DNA from: the human T2T-CHM13v2.0 reference genome, Homo sapiens
Direction: 5' to 3' (one strand)
Length of the DNA: 64,000 nt
Assembly: GCF_009914755.1 (NCBI RefSeq)
Contig: NC_060933.1
Under the pieces are notes generated by a model. It saw only the letters and a list, made by a program, of their open reading frames with translations, was not told where the DNA came from and did no database searches. This document shows positions 1 to 16,518 of the stretch, in pieces (position 1 is the first letter of the stretch; each line of letters begins with the position of its first letter). A program made the translations under genes and the position numbers.

Positions 1-59
1 TGACTGTCTAGCCATGGAGGCACCCCTTGCAACTGCAAAAATGTCAACCCCTGATTAAC

Positions 60-680
<621 letters not shown>

Positions 681-1174
681 TTACTTTGACTGATTTCTAT
701 ATTTTTGTTTTCTATTTTATTCTACATAGTTGTCTTTGGGTCCTATTAATCCTAAGTCATAATATGTTAGCTAGAGATTCTCTTATTTTAGCTTATGTCT
801 TTATCCGGTGTTTTTAGATGTCTTTCATAGATATTTGATCTGAATTATAGCTAGATATTCTTTTAAATATTTTATGAGTGGTTACAGTAAACTTTGTTTT
901 CTTTGAGAATATGCTTAAGCCTATATTCATGTAATCATCAATTTCAAAGTCAAAACAATTATTTTTTATTTTTTATTTTAAGCCATGTGTTTAGTATCTT
1001 TGCTTAAAAGATGAGTTACTCTACTTCCTTTGTCTTTATCATCTTTCTCTTGGGTTTTGCAGCATATCATTTGGAACAAAAATTTTTTTAGCATTCAGTT
1101 TTGTAAATAATAAGTGAGGTAATAATTTAGAATCACCAATATTAATTTCTGTGATTATGTTTAAAGTCTTATTA

Positions 1175-1430
1175 GAGGCAGCATAGTGTAAGGGTTAAGA
1201 GTGCCAATTTTGAAGCCCAAAATGCTGAGGTTCAAATCCTGGCCCCACCTTTTAGTGGATGGATGGGTTTGAGCAAGAAAGTGAACTTCTTTATGCCTCC
1301 GCTTCCTCACTGGAAATGGGGAATAATAATAGTAGCTACCTCTCATTGGTTTGCACAAGAATAATTAAATTAATTAATGTATGTACCCAGAAGAGTGCCT
1401 AGCACATAGCAAGCACTGTTAATTATTATT
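1175..1430 (+). mobile_element. MIR SINE
   Basis: gcagcatagtgtaagggttaagag...ggttcaaatcctggc...gtgcctagcacatag. Confidence 0.8.
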
Positions 1431-1836
1431 ATTATTTCCTCCTTTCTTTGCGTTTGATTCATCTTTCAGTGGTCTGACAAATGTCTTTGAAAATAGTCTT
1501 TTTTTTCATTATCTAGGAAGACCATGTAGTTACTATTCTTTTGCCATCTTGCTTATTTGGATTTTTTTTTGCATTTTCACACAGTAACAAGAAATTGGTG
1601 GAGTATAGGATTCTTGGATAATAAATTTTAACTTTTTCCCTGAAAGCTCGTAAATGGCATTTTATTGTCTTCTAACACTTATTGTTGCAAAAGTCAATGA
1701 AATTTTTGTCTCTGGATGGGGAAATGTTTTATCTTCTTGGATTAATTAATCAATTCAATAAATATTTATGGTGCTGATTCTTTGTATAAGACAGCCTAAG
1801 CCTGTCTATGGAGTAGGTGTATATGTGTGTTATATG

Positions 1837-1906
1837 TGTAAGTTTCCATGAACGTGTGTGTCTGCAATCTGTAAGTTTCTATGAACGTGTGTGTCTGCAA
1901 TCTGTA
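1837..1906. repeat. 33-bp tandem duplication (2 copies, 1 mismatch)
   Basis: tgtaagtttc(c/t)atgaacgtgtgtgtctgcaatc x2. Confidence 0.9.
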
Positions 1907-3392
1907 TCAGGACTTGGCAGGTGCCTTCCACATCAGTGCTATACGACAACTTGCAAAAGAACCCTGCCTTTTAATGAGTTTACCATTAAAAAAAAAAATT
2001 GGGACACTGCCTGGTTCCACAGTGTTAAATGAAAATAACATTCAGAATTGAGTTAATCTGATTGCATGGGATCTCTTTTCCCCCTTACTGCAAATCAGAG
2101 CAGTTTTCAGCTGACAAGAATGGGTGCCCTACTTGAATGGGCAGCAGGCACTGCTGCTAGTCAGAGCGGCACTTAGCATGGCATTGCCATCATTACATCC
2201 CCAGGTTCGCAGCAATGAAACTCCAGGAGTGGCAAAGTCAAATCAGTTCAATTGTCTGATTGTTCATACTCATAAAGTGGGGGAGCTGGCAGGGGTCCGG
2301 CATAAAACTTGGAGTTCTGCAGTGCAGCTCCTTTAAGGTAATTCATTGCCCTCTGCAGTAGCTTAAATCAGAGGGGCCAGCATGGTCACAGTAAATGCAG
2401 CTCCCCATACTGCTTGAGAGCAATATCGCAGATAGCCGGCTGCTATGCCAGATGTCAAAGGTGCACTAAAAGCACTTGGTTTTGATCTACCCCATTCCCG
2501 AGAAGTACAATGGATGGGCCTTTAAGCGCTGCCATAAAAAAAGATTGTGATTAATGAAGCAGCACAACTTAATAAACCAAGTTGACTCCCGCTTCCTTCT
2601 CCTAGGCATTTTCACTGTCCACAAAGCAGTTCTTTTACTTAGCAGCAGGGACATGTAAAATGTTAATCATCAATCTGTGGGCCATTAAAGAAGTTGCTTT
2701 CCCTTTCTCAAGTTGAAAACCAAGGGGGAAAGATAATAGGTTTGGTTAACAGAGCTGTTCACATAATGGAGATGTGCACAGAAAAGCTTTGATGAAGTCA
2801 GCGTGGGAGCCCTTGAGCACTAATCCATTCTGCTCTCGGGACCATGAGTTCAAATCCTAGCTGGGGCTGGGAGGCTCAGGATGGAGGCTGGGGTGAGTGT
2901 CTTGATCACAGCTGGACCAGCAGGACGTTACTGTACCTGAGTGAGGCCAAACACAAGATGAGAAGGCACAGAAGCTTTCTGTGTCAGCAGACAGGGCAAG
3001 AGCTTGCTGGTACTGCCTTAACCTTACATGGCCTTCTTCCTCCCAAAGAATGCCAAAGCATTCCTCCCAGGTAGGCAAGTGACCGCGAGCAGAGCCCTGG
3101 GCAGTTACATCCTCCCTCACCCAGAGAACAGTGCAGAGTTTCTGGCTAATTCACCAAAGCCTATTGAAATATTTTCTCTGGGGACTCAAAAGTACATCAG
3201 TCGGAGATACACAATTTTATAATCTACTCATAATTTAGGAATTGCTTTGAGCAAGGTCAGGGATCAGAGACCTGAGGAAATTCCACTTCCCTGCTTAGAA
3301 CTTTTAATATTTAGTTGTCTTTCCTTACTCCAAAAAGTATATAGGGGCAAGGCCATTTTCTGTCTTTTAAAATCATGCACACCTGAAGGCCA

Positions 3393-3707
3393 TTGTTTGT
3401 TTGTTTGTTTGTTTGTTTGTTTTTGAGACACAGTTTCCCTCTGTCAACCAGGCTGGAGTGCAGTGGTGCGATTTTGGCTCACTGCAGCCTCCGCCTCCCA
3501 AGCTTGACTGATTCTCGTGCCTCAGCCTCCTGAGTAGCTGGGATTACAGGCATGCACCACCACAACCAGCTAATTTTTGTATTTTTAGTAGAGATGGGGT
3601 TTCACCATGTTGGCCAGGCTGGTCTCGAACTCCTTGACCTCAAGTGATCTGCCCACCTCGGCCTCTCAAAGTGCTGGGATTACAGCCGTGAGCCACCACA
3701 TGTGGCC
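3393..3707 (-). mobile_element. Alu (S-type) with (TTTG)n tail
   Basis: Full reverse Alu dimer. Confidence 0.95.
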
Positions 3708-5682
3708 CTGCAGTCCTTTTTACGTGTTTTTTTTTCTCAGCATGCTTCTCCTGAATGCCCAGGTTCAGACCTATGGTCCAATGAAAACCTGTCACTAATC
3801 CGGGCGGTTCATTAAGTCCAAGGGAAACCAAGCAAAGTCAAATATGTGACACTCAAAATCTCAGAAAAGACACAGGTCATATAAGAGTTGCCAACAATCT
3901 TAAAAAGTAGACTATGGCAGAAGAAATGTTTGGTAGTTTATACTAGGGCCATGATTTTCATTGTTTTAAGAGATTTTTTGAAGCAAGAATATGAACTTAT
4001 GGGAGAGCTTTGTTGAGTCAATAAGGGTGTTTCCTTTCTCCCTCTCACATCTCACTTGAATTCACTGGATGGCCATAAAGGAAGAGATGTTGGTCAAATG
4101 AGCCTGAGCACTATCTTTAAAACCTTGTATTTATTAAGATGACCACATCATTCTCCAACTCTCAGGCTCTAATCTCTCCTCCATGAAGCAAACAAAACAG
4201 TTGTTCCGAAACACTTGATGCTCCAGTCAAAGCAAACCACTCCTTTTTCCAGACATACCTTCAGCTCGAAATGTGCTTTTCCTGTCTTCTTCCACAATAT
4301 CTTCTCCAGGAAGCCTCCACATGCCACTACCCCCAACCCTGGCTGCACATACTACGTGCCTACAGAATGGCTTCTGATGTACCTTGTTTCTCTCTCTGCA
4401 CTTACCACCTTGTGCCAGAACAATTAATTTGGAGCTGTGTATCTCTCAGTGCACACATAGTTATAGCAACTTGTCTCAGAGTACAGTAAAACCTGTCACT
4501 GTTGGCTACTCTAGGCTTCCTTTACGGGACAGGTGTGAGGAGGGGACAATCAGATTGAAAGGGTGGATGAGGGATTTTTTTCTTGCTTGTACATGAAGCA
4601 CATTGTTTTCACACAGGGTTTACATTATAAATCAATAAGATAGCAGTATTTTCAAAAACGCACTTGACAAAGATTGAGGAAACTTCCGTCAGCCACATAA
4701 AAGTTAATAATGAGATTAATGGTGAAATGAAATGAATTTGGAAGAAGTTGATGATATGAGCAATTAATCCTCTTCCCAAAAAACCTTAGAACCATCTCTA
4801 CTGGTTGTAATCATTCACCAAACTATAAGTCCCCATGGGCAGAGTCCACATCTTATTCACTATTACACTTCTAAGGCCAAGTAGTTTGCACTCAGTGGAT
4901 GATTCATAAATGTTTGCAGAAGTAATTAATTAGTAAATTGACCTAGAATTAATTATGCTTAAAACATTTGCTAATTTCTCTAACCTGCATGATAAAACTT
5001 AACTCCTTATAATTATATAAAAGGCTTTTAACACATTTACCCATTCTTTCCACCTTCATCTTTTGCTATCTTCTCTACCTTATCCCAATGTATGCCCTAT
5101 GAACTAGCAACACAATTATTCACCATTGCCTAAACATCTCCCCCAGATGTTGTTTCCTCTACCAGGTAAACTGCTTGTCATTCTTTGTGAAGCCCTCCCT
5201 TCCCACTCGAAAAAGAAAGTCTCTCCTTAGCTAAACTCCAATAGCATTTTGCAAATGCCTCAACTGTAGCTCTTGGTGCAAGAAGATTATTTTATGTCTG
5301 TCTTCTCATGAACCTATGAGTGCCCACCTTACTAATCGGGGCACAGTGCCTTGCAAATACTAGGCATGAAATTGATCTTAGTTAAATCATAAGTCAATGA
5401 TTGAACAAATAAAAACCAAGCAGCCACCAGGGAGTTATGAAAAGATCACATGCTCTGTCTTAGCTATGTTCTGTCATCTGTGGTTCTTGGGGATTAAAAA
5501 AAATGTAGATCATAAATTTTCACAATAGTACTCTAGGAATGTCTTCAATTTTAAAATTCGATGAATTATAACATTTCATTACAAGATTTCAATTCCCCAA
5601 CCATTGTCCTTCAAGAAATGATCTAAGCTTAAAAATCATTTTCAAGCTATAAATACAACCTTTAAAGTTGGAGCGCTCTTTA

Positions 5683-6054
<372 letters not shown>

Positions 6055-6739
6055 TCAATTCCCATCTCTTATGTATATCCAAGCTTTCCATTTCCATATT
6101 AGGTCTTGCCATGGTGAAAATTTACAGTGATCATGGCCATTCAATATAGGAAATGAATTAACATTCTCCATGGGACCCTCATTTGTATGGTATATTAATA
6201 GGATCCTCATGTAAATTTCTGCTTTTACCTCACTGCCTATTTGCCTGCTAGCTGGTTGTATGCAATTTAGAAAGGCGGACAAGAAATATTTGATTTCACA
6301 TGATGTTGCTTAGAGGGATGGGGAGGCAGAGGGAACAGATAGGGGTCAAGCAGCAACAGGAGAGTTACAATGGGAATATTTTATAGCTGTCAAAAACCAA
6401 CAGTGCTCAATAAAGCCATTCTCATTACAATTAGATTTTACTTCCTGGATGCAACAGATTTGGCCAATATAAATGAATTATGAGAAAATAAAAGGGAATA
6501 TGTCTGATGAGATTTTGAAGATGCCTGGTGCAAGAAGACATGGAGAGCTAGTCGAAAAGGTACCATGTTCTAAATAAGAAAAACTCTGTATTAGATACTT
6601 CTGTATAAAGAAAAAACCCACTTGGAAAAGCCATACCAAAGAACACTCCAACTTCCAGAGCCACACACAATTAAATGAAGAATTAGACCAAGATAGATAA
6701 TCCTTAATTTGACAAAGATTTCTAACTGTTCATTAAAAT

Positions 6740-7115
6740 TACTTTTCTCTTTTTCTTGGACATACTGCTAGACTGCATTTTTTGTGGGTGGACATGGCCT
6801 TCTGATTGAGTTCTAGCCAGTGGTATGTGAACGAAAGGATGTGTACCACTTCTAGGGCTGGACCCGAAAATTTCCCGTGTGTGTTCCTCCATGTTCTTTT
6901 CCTCTTCAGATGACTGGGCTGAGAAACCCCAGGGCTACTTTGAGATCCATCTGTTGAAGATGACAGAACCCTGTCAGCCTGTATCCCAGAAAGACTGTGT
7001 GAAGCAGAGAACCCAGTGACTTGCCACTGCCCTGGACTTTTCAGTAGGCAAGAAATAATTATTCACTGTGTTAAGTCTTCACATTTCGGTGCCTATTTAT
7101 TATTGTTGCCTAGCC
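6740..7115 (+). mobile_element. Old MaLR solo LTR (MLT1-type)
   Basis: gagttctagccagtgg...ctggacttt...agaaataa...tgttaag pattern typical of MLT1. Confidence 0.6.
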
Positions 7116-8298
7116 CACATCATAGAGAACAATTTCAATACTGACATTCTAATATCTATGTCATGAGCTATTTAGTCTTTGAAAAAAAGAAGCAGCTCCA
7201 GCTTTACCAATCTTGGATTTGAGATAGCTTTGGTGATTAAAAAAATAAATAATAATTCATAATTTGGAAATAAAATTATTCATTATGACATTTTAATAAT
7301 TTCCCATCATGCCTATTTGTGTGCCAGACACTGTACCAAGTACCTTATGTACATCACCCCTAATTCTAGCAATAATCCTGCTTGTTAGACATTAGGTTAC
7401 AGAGATGAATTTGCTTTATAACACTCAGTCACAAGAAATGGCACACTACCTTATTTTTCTAAATCTAGACATATGTCCCCTCTCTAAATGATGAGAGAGT
7501 TACTGCCAGTCAAATTTGGGTATTCGAAAATATGTGAGGACAAAGGTAATTCACAGGAGGCCTGAAAGATATGGGAGGGCTTCTCACCTTTAAGTCATCA
7601 GGCCCACTGTTCAGGGCCCTGTAGTTGATTCCCAGGCAAGTGACTCCAACTGCTCCATGATTGGCATGGACATTATTGCTTCCTATGACTTCTTAGGCTA
7701 TAGCTATAGTCAGTCCTCCTGATATCTATGAACTAGCCTACACTTCTCACCAAGAACATCACCATCTTCCCTATCCCCATAAATGAATCTCTCTTCTCTT
7801 TCCCACAGGAAGGCACCTTCTGCCTCAGCAACTCCAATAACAGCTCCCATCCATTTCCAGAAGTCTTGGAGGGAGGTTGTCATACTGGGACCTCGCCACC
7901 TCTGTGGTATGCCATTAACGTCCTGAGGCATGACCATCCACCTACCTTGTTGGGATAGAAAACAGCAAGAAGGAATAAGAGTTCGGTATATTTACAGATT
8001 TTCCTGCCATGTTCAGATAACAGATTGAGGTTCAGAGAGGTCAAATGAGTTGCCCAAGACCACAAACTACTCAGCAGCAGAGCTTCATTTCAAAACCAAA
8101 TCCATCTGGCTCCAAGGCCTAGAGAATTTTCTATAATCCCAGTTTTTCCCAGAAAAACCCAAGGCACCACAGGCCTAAGAGGTTTTTTTTAATGACAATG
8201 GAAAATAATTATAAATGATTTAAATGAGATGAAATATTTGAAATCCAAATCTTACAGGGTTTTTTCACTTGAAAAATCACCCAAATAGCTTACCTTTT

Positions 8299-8302
<4 letters not shown>

Positions 8303-8334
<32 letters not shown>

Positions 8335-8350
8335 AGAGAGAGAGACACAG
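8303..8350. repeat. (CA)n-(GA)n microsatellite
   Basis: Direct read. Confidence 0.95.
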
Positions 8351-10858
8351 ATGCACATACAAATAAGTGAAGACAGTTGGTAAAAATCATTAATTTGTAA
8401 TATCATTTTGCAACTAGAGTTCTGAAATCACGTATCTAATGAATTATCTTCATTAAAACACATAGACAATTAAAATCTCACTTGGCCCATCTTAATGACA
8501 GTCTTATAAATATTTCCAAGTTTAAAATTTAACTGCATACATATCTGAATATTTTTCAGGAAAACAAAAATTTTAACACAAAATTATTTGCTTTAACATA
8601 CAAATGAGGCCATTATTAGACTAAATAAGGATGACTTAGGAGGCCTGAGTTATAGTCTCTCTTCTAACAATAGTTATACAAATTAACTTCGGGTGAAGCA
8701 CAATTTCTTTGGATTTAATCGTTCTTATTTATCCTTTTAGCTCTCACATTTTCTAATTTTACATTTCTCAGAAAATTGGTATCTCTTAAAATCAGTGATG
8801 TTTAGTGATCCACATTTGTAGCCAATGTAGTGTAAAAAGAGGTAACATAAAGAGGGCATCAGAGAAAGAAAAAAGGAATAAAGAAAGAAGGAGGAGAAAG
8901 AGACAAAAAAGAGAGAAAGAGCGAGAGAGAGGGAGAAAGGTGAGAGAGGGTAGAAGAAGAGAAAATAAATATTTTCTCATCATGGTCCATGTTTCTCAAG
9001 GCTGGTCTAAGAGTTGCTTGAAATTCTGTTGCATCCTTTGGAATCAGTCTGAAGCATTTCAAACTTCGAGTATTCCACTCCCACTGGCAGGCCCGTCCCT
9101 CCAGAGAAGATGAGATGAAACAGGATGTCTTAGCCTGACACCATTAAAAATTTGATTTATCTACCTCTCTTTGTTCTGATTCCATGCACTTCAAGCAACC
9201 TCTTGATTATAATCCAGCTTCCATGGCCTCCAGGGACACCGTGTGATGGTCAGGCTGATAAAAGTTTTGTAACTTGCATAGGTTCTATTTCTCACTATAA
9301 ATTGATATGCTGCAGGTCACTAAATGCTTTCAAATGGTAAGTATTGTGTGTTGACCAACAAATTGTCTAAGTAGCAAAAAAAGGAGGGGAGGGGCAGACA
9401 TGCAAATGGAGGCACAAAAATTCACCGGCTGACAGTGCCAGACTCAAAAGAACCCACCCATTCCCTCATGACATGCCAAGAGGAGCTGGCTTTCCCATGG
9501 ACTCACGGGGTCCACAGATGGCCATTAACTGTGCAAGAAAGATTTTCCTGACATGACAGGAGCAGAGAAGACATCGGGGAACATTCTATAGACTTCATTT
9601 TAGTTTTTCTCTTCTGATGGCCTAAGTTAGGTCCCGATTTTCAAATCTATCTTTCAAACCATCATAGGGATTCATGTTCTAGTACTTTTAAGTGTGCTGG
9701 CTAGCATTGCATAGAATTCTACATCATCAGTTTGATCTAGCTTCAAATCCCAGCTCTCCCTTTGGTAGCTGATTTAGTCAAGTTACTTAATTCATAAGTA
9801 GTATTTTAAAATATTTATAATGGGAATAATAGACCTAGCCCATTAAGTCATTATTCAGATTAAATGAAATTATGCACAATGCTTAAGACATAATGACTGC
9901 TCGATACATATTACCTACAATCATAACAAGTTATCATTATAATGATCATGGCTGAGCAATGCTGAATCAGCATATTGTAAACTCCTTATTTGTTTTAGAG
10001 ATCCTTAAAGACAGAAATGGATCTTATTTAATAAATTTAATCTTAGTGTCAGTGCATAACATGTGGTAATGCTCTAAAAATATGTCTTAAGTAGGATATA
10101 CAGTGAACAGTTGCACAAAACTAAGGACCCAACCGCAAGTTTCTTTCCACTCTACCTTCTAAGACATCCCCAGAAGCCCTTTCGTGGTAGGCAAACATCC
10201 AATCCCATGAAGCCCAGCCCATATTTGTTTTCATCTGCAAGATACATGTGATCTTCCAGAACACACCACTCCCTACTTTCTCAGTAAAATAATTCACCAA
10301 TCCTGCCACCATCCATGACATTCTGTAACCTCACCCATAGCAGACACACACATCTAATGATCGTTTCTCCTCCTCCTCTCCATTGTTTTTACCAGCACCT
10401 CTGCTCCCCAAGTCCTTATCAACAAAATTTCCAGGGTGACTAGGGAATTCTAAAACATGGCAACATACCAAGGGTTTCTTTTGGTTACCAAAGCATCCTG
10501 AAGTCCTGTGACCTGTTGGGGGGTGACCATTAGGATACAGAACAAAAGATTTATTCAAAGCCAAAGTGCAGTCACGTGACATCATTGGTGATTTCCCCAA
10601 ATCCCTCCAACCAAAGGCAATTGTTATGTCTATATTGGGATAGCCATTAGCAAAAGAGTCTCCACCATAATATTTGGAAGAACTTTGTGACTAATTTAGC
10701 AGATGGATTTTTTTAAAGTTACAATAAAAAAATTCACTATAAGATGAAAATCCTAAAGAAAGTCAGTTGCTAAAAGTAGATGCTGGCAAGTTATAGGCCA
10801 GAATTTTCTTATTCCTAAACAGCCCAATACTGACAAAATTTAAATCATCATTAATTAA

Positions 10859-11169
<311 letters not shown>

Positions 11170-13509
11170 TAAGTATCAAGATTCTAAACCTACTCTCCTT
11201 TCATGCCTTAAAATGCCACCAATGATGGTGCCACCTTGGCGCTTTACTTTTTCTCCTGGAACCCTTTCTTTGGGCAAAGGATGGCAAAATAAATTAGCTG
11301 AGTAAACCCAAATCCATCAAAAAGCAAAATAAATAAGACATACTGTGAAATAGTGAGTTTTCTCATCTTGAACTATTTAATTAAGTTTTAAAACAAAAAG
11401 GCAGCAATGAGCTCTTTCCCCTTGGAAAGGAAGAAATAGTAGAAATCACTTGTGTTCATGCTGAAACAGGTCCACTGAGCATCCTCTGTAAACATTAAAT
11501 AACTATCACATAATATCAAAAATGAAAACCCCTTATTATTTATTTATTCAACTGAATTCCATGCTCACAAGAAGCCTTTTAAATGAGTCTCAGAGAACTT
11601 CATAAATAATCTCTCATTATCACTCACCTTCATTTGAAAAGGTATTTTCATCCCCATTTCAGCATTAGGGGTTAACAGAAAGGTTAAATGAATTATATAA
11701 AGTTATATTAAATGCCTGCAAACAATAGAGACCAAGCTTTATTATCCCTTGAGAACTAAAAGTCTTTCTTAGAAAAATTAAGCAACTTATCTAATTATTT
11801 TTAGGAGGATGTTTCACAAAAATACGGTATTTTATGTCTACATCATGGTCTATAAAGAAAAGTCACAAAATAATAACCATGTTAAATAAAACATCAGTGT
11901 AGTTTCCAGAATCCTTTCTGTTCTGTGTACCCACCCATGTGGCTGGAGATTCGAAATGCTATTTAAGTCTCATTTTCCTTCAGAAGCTAACCTCTGTGGA
12001 ATAAAATGCTGTTAAGGGGGAAAAATCTTTTCTGTCATTTGACTTTAACTTATGATAAATTAGCTTCAACTAGTTTCTTAGAAAATTGCCCAAGAAATGA
12101 CTACAGAAAATTAAATACCGAGACTTCAAAGAGGCAAACAGCCTTCAAATTCCGACCTTAGAGAATAATCCTCCCTTTCTCATGCTTTAGAGAGATGTGA
12201 GTAAAGAAATCGTACTAGGGCATGGTAATGAACCATCTTTCGAATGACTTTTCTATCAATCTTCTTTTCAAAGGGTAATAAAGTGATGATTATTTCTACG
12301 CAGTTTCTGGGAAGTTATCATCTCATTTCAATAGTCACCAGTGAAGGACTGTACTCTGGTATTCTCACCAAGGGTGATAAGGGCAAGAAGTGGGTGAGAA
12401 TTCAATAGACAAGGTATAGGTTGTTAAAAGCTATTTCTTAGAAAATTAAAACAGAGAAAGATCAAAAGAATTGTGTTGGGTCTTAAGGAATTGGTAATTA
12501 TTTCCTTCTAGATTAAAAGTTCAAATCTGATTTATTACCTAGCGAATGAAATCCACTATTATGTGAAGATTTTTTTCTTTCAACAAATATTGTTGAAAGC
12601 ATATTATGTGCCTTCCTTTGTGTCAGATGTTGGTGACTAATTGAGAAGGACAACGAGAGACAACAAGGGAATCTGTGTCATGATTTCTAGAACCAGAGCA
12701 ATAGGTCTCATCTAAAACAACAGTAACAAACAACAACAACTCAAAAAAATTCTTTGAAAGCATTGACTAAATGGTTGCTGGGAATTCTTAGTCACCCGGT
12801 GTTTGTTTTGCAAAACTGCAGAAAATAACAACAGGGCAAAAATATCCAAAATTGTATCTGATTCCATTCCCCAGAGCTCTAAGAAGCTTTAAGATAGCAT
12901 AGGGCAGGAGTCACTCCAGGACCATATGGCCTTGAGCAAAGAAAATCCTATGTACTGGATGCCTTCAGGAGAGGTCTCTCTGGAATGTGGCTGCTTCTCT
13001 GGTTGCCAAAGTCAAATTCAGATCCTGTCTGTGATATGGTCTTTGTGCTCAGACAAGGATTATGCGGTCTGCTTTTCCTCAGTAGATCCTAAAACCAGCC
13101 CCAGCCATGGCTTCTTATTTGTCCTAATTCTCTTACCCAGTCCAATCCTACTGCCCACTGGCAGATAGGATATGAAACACATTTCTGAATTTGACATTTG
13201 GCCAGAAGTTAAATTTCTTTAGCATTAGCTAGAAATCCAAACGTGGAACAAAACAAACAAACAAAAAGAAACATGAGACAAAGCTTTCTGAGGGCAAAAA
13301 CATGCCATGTGCACCACTACATCCTCATCACTAACGCAGTTCAGAGAAGGCACTTAATATCTGTTGAATAAAATCAACCTACTGAATGAACACTCCACCC
13401 TTTTGTGGTCATGGTTCACTCAAAGTCAAGACTGCCACACTGGTATTTGCATGCAAGTATTCCCACAACGACTTTTGCTCAGCAGTTCATCTTTTTAAAA
13501 TGTTATTCT

Positions 13510-13574
13510 GTTGATTTTTCTTAAAACAAACAAAAGAAAAGGCACACCACAGAAATTTGAAATCCAAATGTATT
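13510..13574 (-). terminator. Candidate poly(A) site: non-canonical AATACA (13569-13574) plus GU/U-rich downstream element
   Basis: Minus strand reads AATACA ~18 nt ... then gtggtgtgccttttcttttgtttgtttt. Confidence 0.6.
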
Positions 13575-14561
13575 TGCTTTCAAGTTCCATTCCAGGTAAC
13601 AAATATTTGACCAATGAACTGATGTCTTTAGTTTGGCAATTGGGCAAGCAAACTCTGCCTCTTTCCATAGTTGAGTGCAGCACTGAGGTGAGTACCAATT
13701 GTTCCTTTACTGACTTGTAGAATAGGATAAAGTTGTTAAGTCCCCAAAAAAGTATTAACATTTTATCCTCATTGCCAATCAACAAATCACCCAAATTTCC
13801 CGCTTTCCACCACCCCAAAACCCAAGTAAAAGGGGAATAAATTAGCCCTTGTGGAACTCAAACTTACAAGAATCAGAGGCAATCATTGGCAAACTAAATT
13901 CTTGGTTTTCCACCTTCCTTTTCAACATTTCCCCTGTATGCCTAAGAATGCAAGAGTGTAGATTTTTAAAGCAAGCTCACTAGCAAGTCAGCTAATGTCA
14001 GGATTAAAGATAAAAATAAGTTGGAATTTTTCAAACCCAGGAGGTTTGCTGCCTGTGAACTGGAACAGCTTATAATAAGAAAGGAGATGCAATAGGATGG
14101 GGAGAGGACTCCCAGCCCCACATCTCTCCTTGTGTGAAAAGCTGGTGCTTGTTCGAGGTAGGGCAACCAGGCCCAGCATACAAGAGGGATGACTGATCCC
14201 TCAAATACACTACACAGTGTGGCTGCCAGGAGTGCTTCACCTTAGGCCTCACAAACCAATGACATGTTCTCAGCCATATTTCAAAATATATATACATTCT
14301 TTATGCCAGGGGAATAGGGAACTCTGCTCTGGAAGGAAGCAAACACCTGTGAAACATGTTTTCAGTCTGAAACCGTATCTTTCTTCATAGGACCTGACAT
14401 AAAGTAATTTAACCTGCAATATTATATATACAACTTTGGAAGGAGGAGTGGTGTTTTACAGGTTGAGTTAGTCAACTCCTAACTAATAGTACCCCTGAGC
14501 TTTAAGGAAGGGAAACCCTTTCTTAATGATTTCCAGTTCTTCATATTCTTGTTCTCGTTTA

Positions 14562-14860
<299 letters not shown>

Positions 14861-14991
14861 AAAAATATATATATATATATAAAATATATATATTCCATAT
14901 GTATTTTATATATATAATATATATATTCCATATATATTATATATATAAAAATATATATAATATACATATTCCATATATATTATATATGGAA
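14861..14991. repeat. AT-rich low-complexity (TA)n array
   Basis: Repeated tattccatatatat units. Confidence 0.9.
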
Positions 14992-15667
14992 GGGTATTTG
15001 TTTTAGGTTTCCCTTTCTTTTACAGAAACCTGAAATATCCAGGCATCATATGATTCACTGACAATATCTGAAACCCATCGAGATTTCACCAGTATACTTG
15101 GTAGTTTGTGCAGGAATGTGCTCCAATCTGTGCAAACCCACCCTTGTTCCATTGTTTTTCCTATCATTGCTATTCAAAGTCCTATGTTGTGGAAAAGACA
15201 GAGGAGGAAATCACATAACTTTTTATGAACATATATATAGACATAAATACAATCTGTGGGTGAGGTGACAAATAGTAGTAGGGGGTCCAGTCTGCATACA
15301 TAGTGAGAAAATAAAATAAATGTATCCCCCCCAACCCCATCCTTTAATGTGCAGGATTCTGCTCCAAAGTTCCAAGTGACCAGCTAAAGCAATGAGGTAC
15401 ACAAGAACAATATTCCCAGCTGACTCATCCAAGCATCTTCGTGTGGAACTTGAGGATGGAGCTGCAAAGTGCCCTGGACAGAGGTCAGTGTCTAGGAGAA
15501 CCCATTGATCATATACCAATGAGGCCTTTGAACAGAAGGAGATGTGAGGCTCAGAAGGCGTGTCCCAAGGAGACGCTGATGTAATCAACATCACGTTGAT
15601 CAATCTATGTTATCACAGAGTTCCTGGCAGGCAGGGCAAGCACTGGGATCTTCTTGCTCCTCCCTTT

Positions 15668-15853
<186 letters not shown>

Positions 15854-16518
15854 TCATGAAGACAAATGGGACTTTAGGCTTTGCCAAGTGTTCAGAGAGA
15901 TCTCCTCTTCCTCAGACCATAGATATGTGGAACTCAAACCCTCAACCATGTCTAGATTAAGCCTCCTTTCCCACCCCAATACCCCCCTTCCTTCCCTATG
16001 CTGTTTGGGTGCTGTTTATGGGAGCAGGGAAGAAAGACTTGGTTGCTTGCTTCAATACACAGTGCCCTATAAGGCATAATCTGGCCAGAGTTAAGTAAGA
16101 CCAAATGGGAAATGGGGCATTTTACTACTGAATGACAGGCAGAGGCAGAGAGGTCAGCCAAGAAGGCTGACTCCTCATCTCAGTGGTCAGTTTTCTGTGA
16201 CAAAAGCTCCACCTCAGGTTTGGTACAGCCAATAAAAGCTCCATCCAGTTATCAGATCCTATGCTTCCTAAGCCCTCCTTCCATTTGAAAAGAAAAAAGT
16301 TAAAAGAAAATATTAATAGGCATAACCTTTGTAAGACATGTACGGAGGAAAATGGAGTTAAAATGTTTGTGACCTTTTTGTGCTGTACTTATTGTATTTG
16401 CTAGCCTAGAACATGTATTTCTTATTTTTTTAATGTTAAATGAGGATTATGTGGAAATAAAACTAATACATATTATATATTAATAATAAAACAATCAACA
16501 TTTATTGAACATGTAAAT

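Noticed and set aside
8792-9113. Lys/Arg/Glu-rich and Leu/Phe-rich ORFs
   Set aside because: Products of a GA-rich low-complexity tract.
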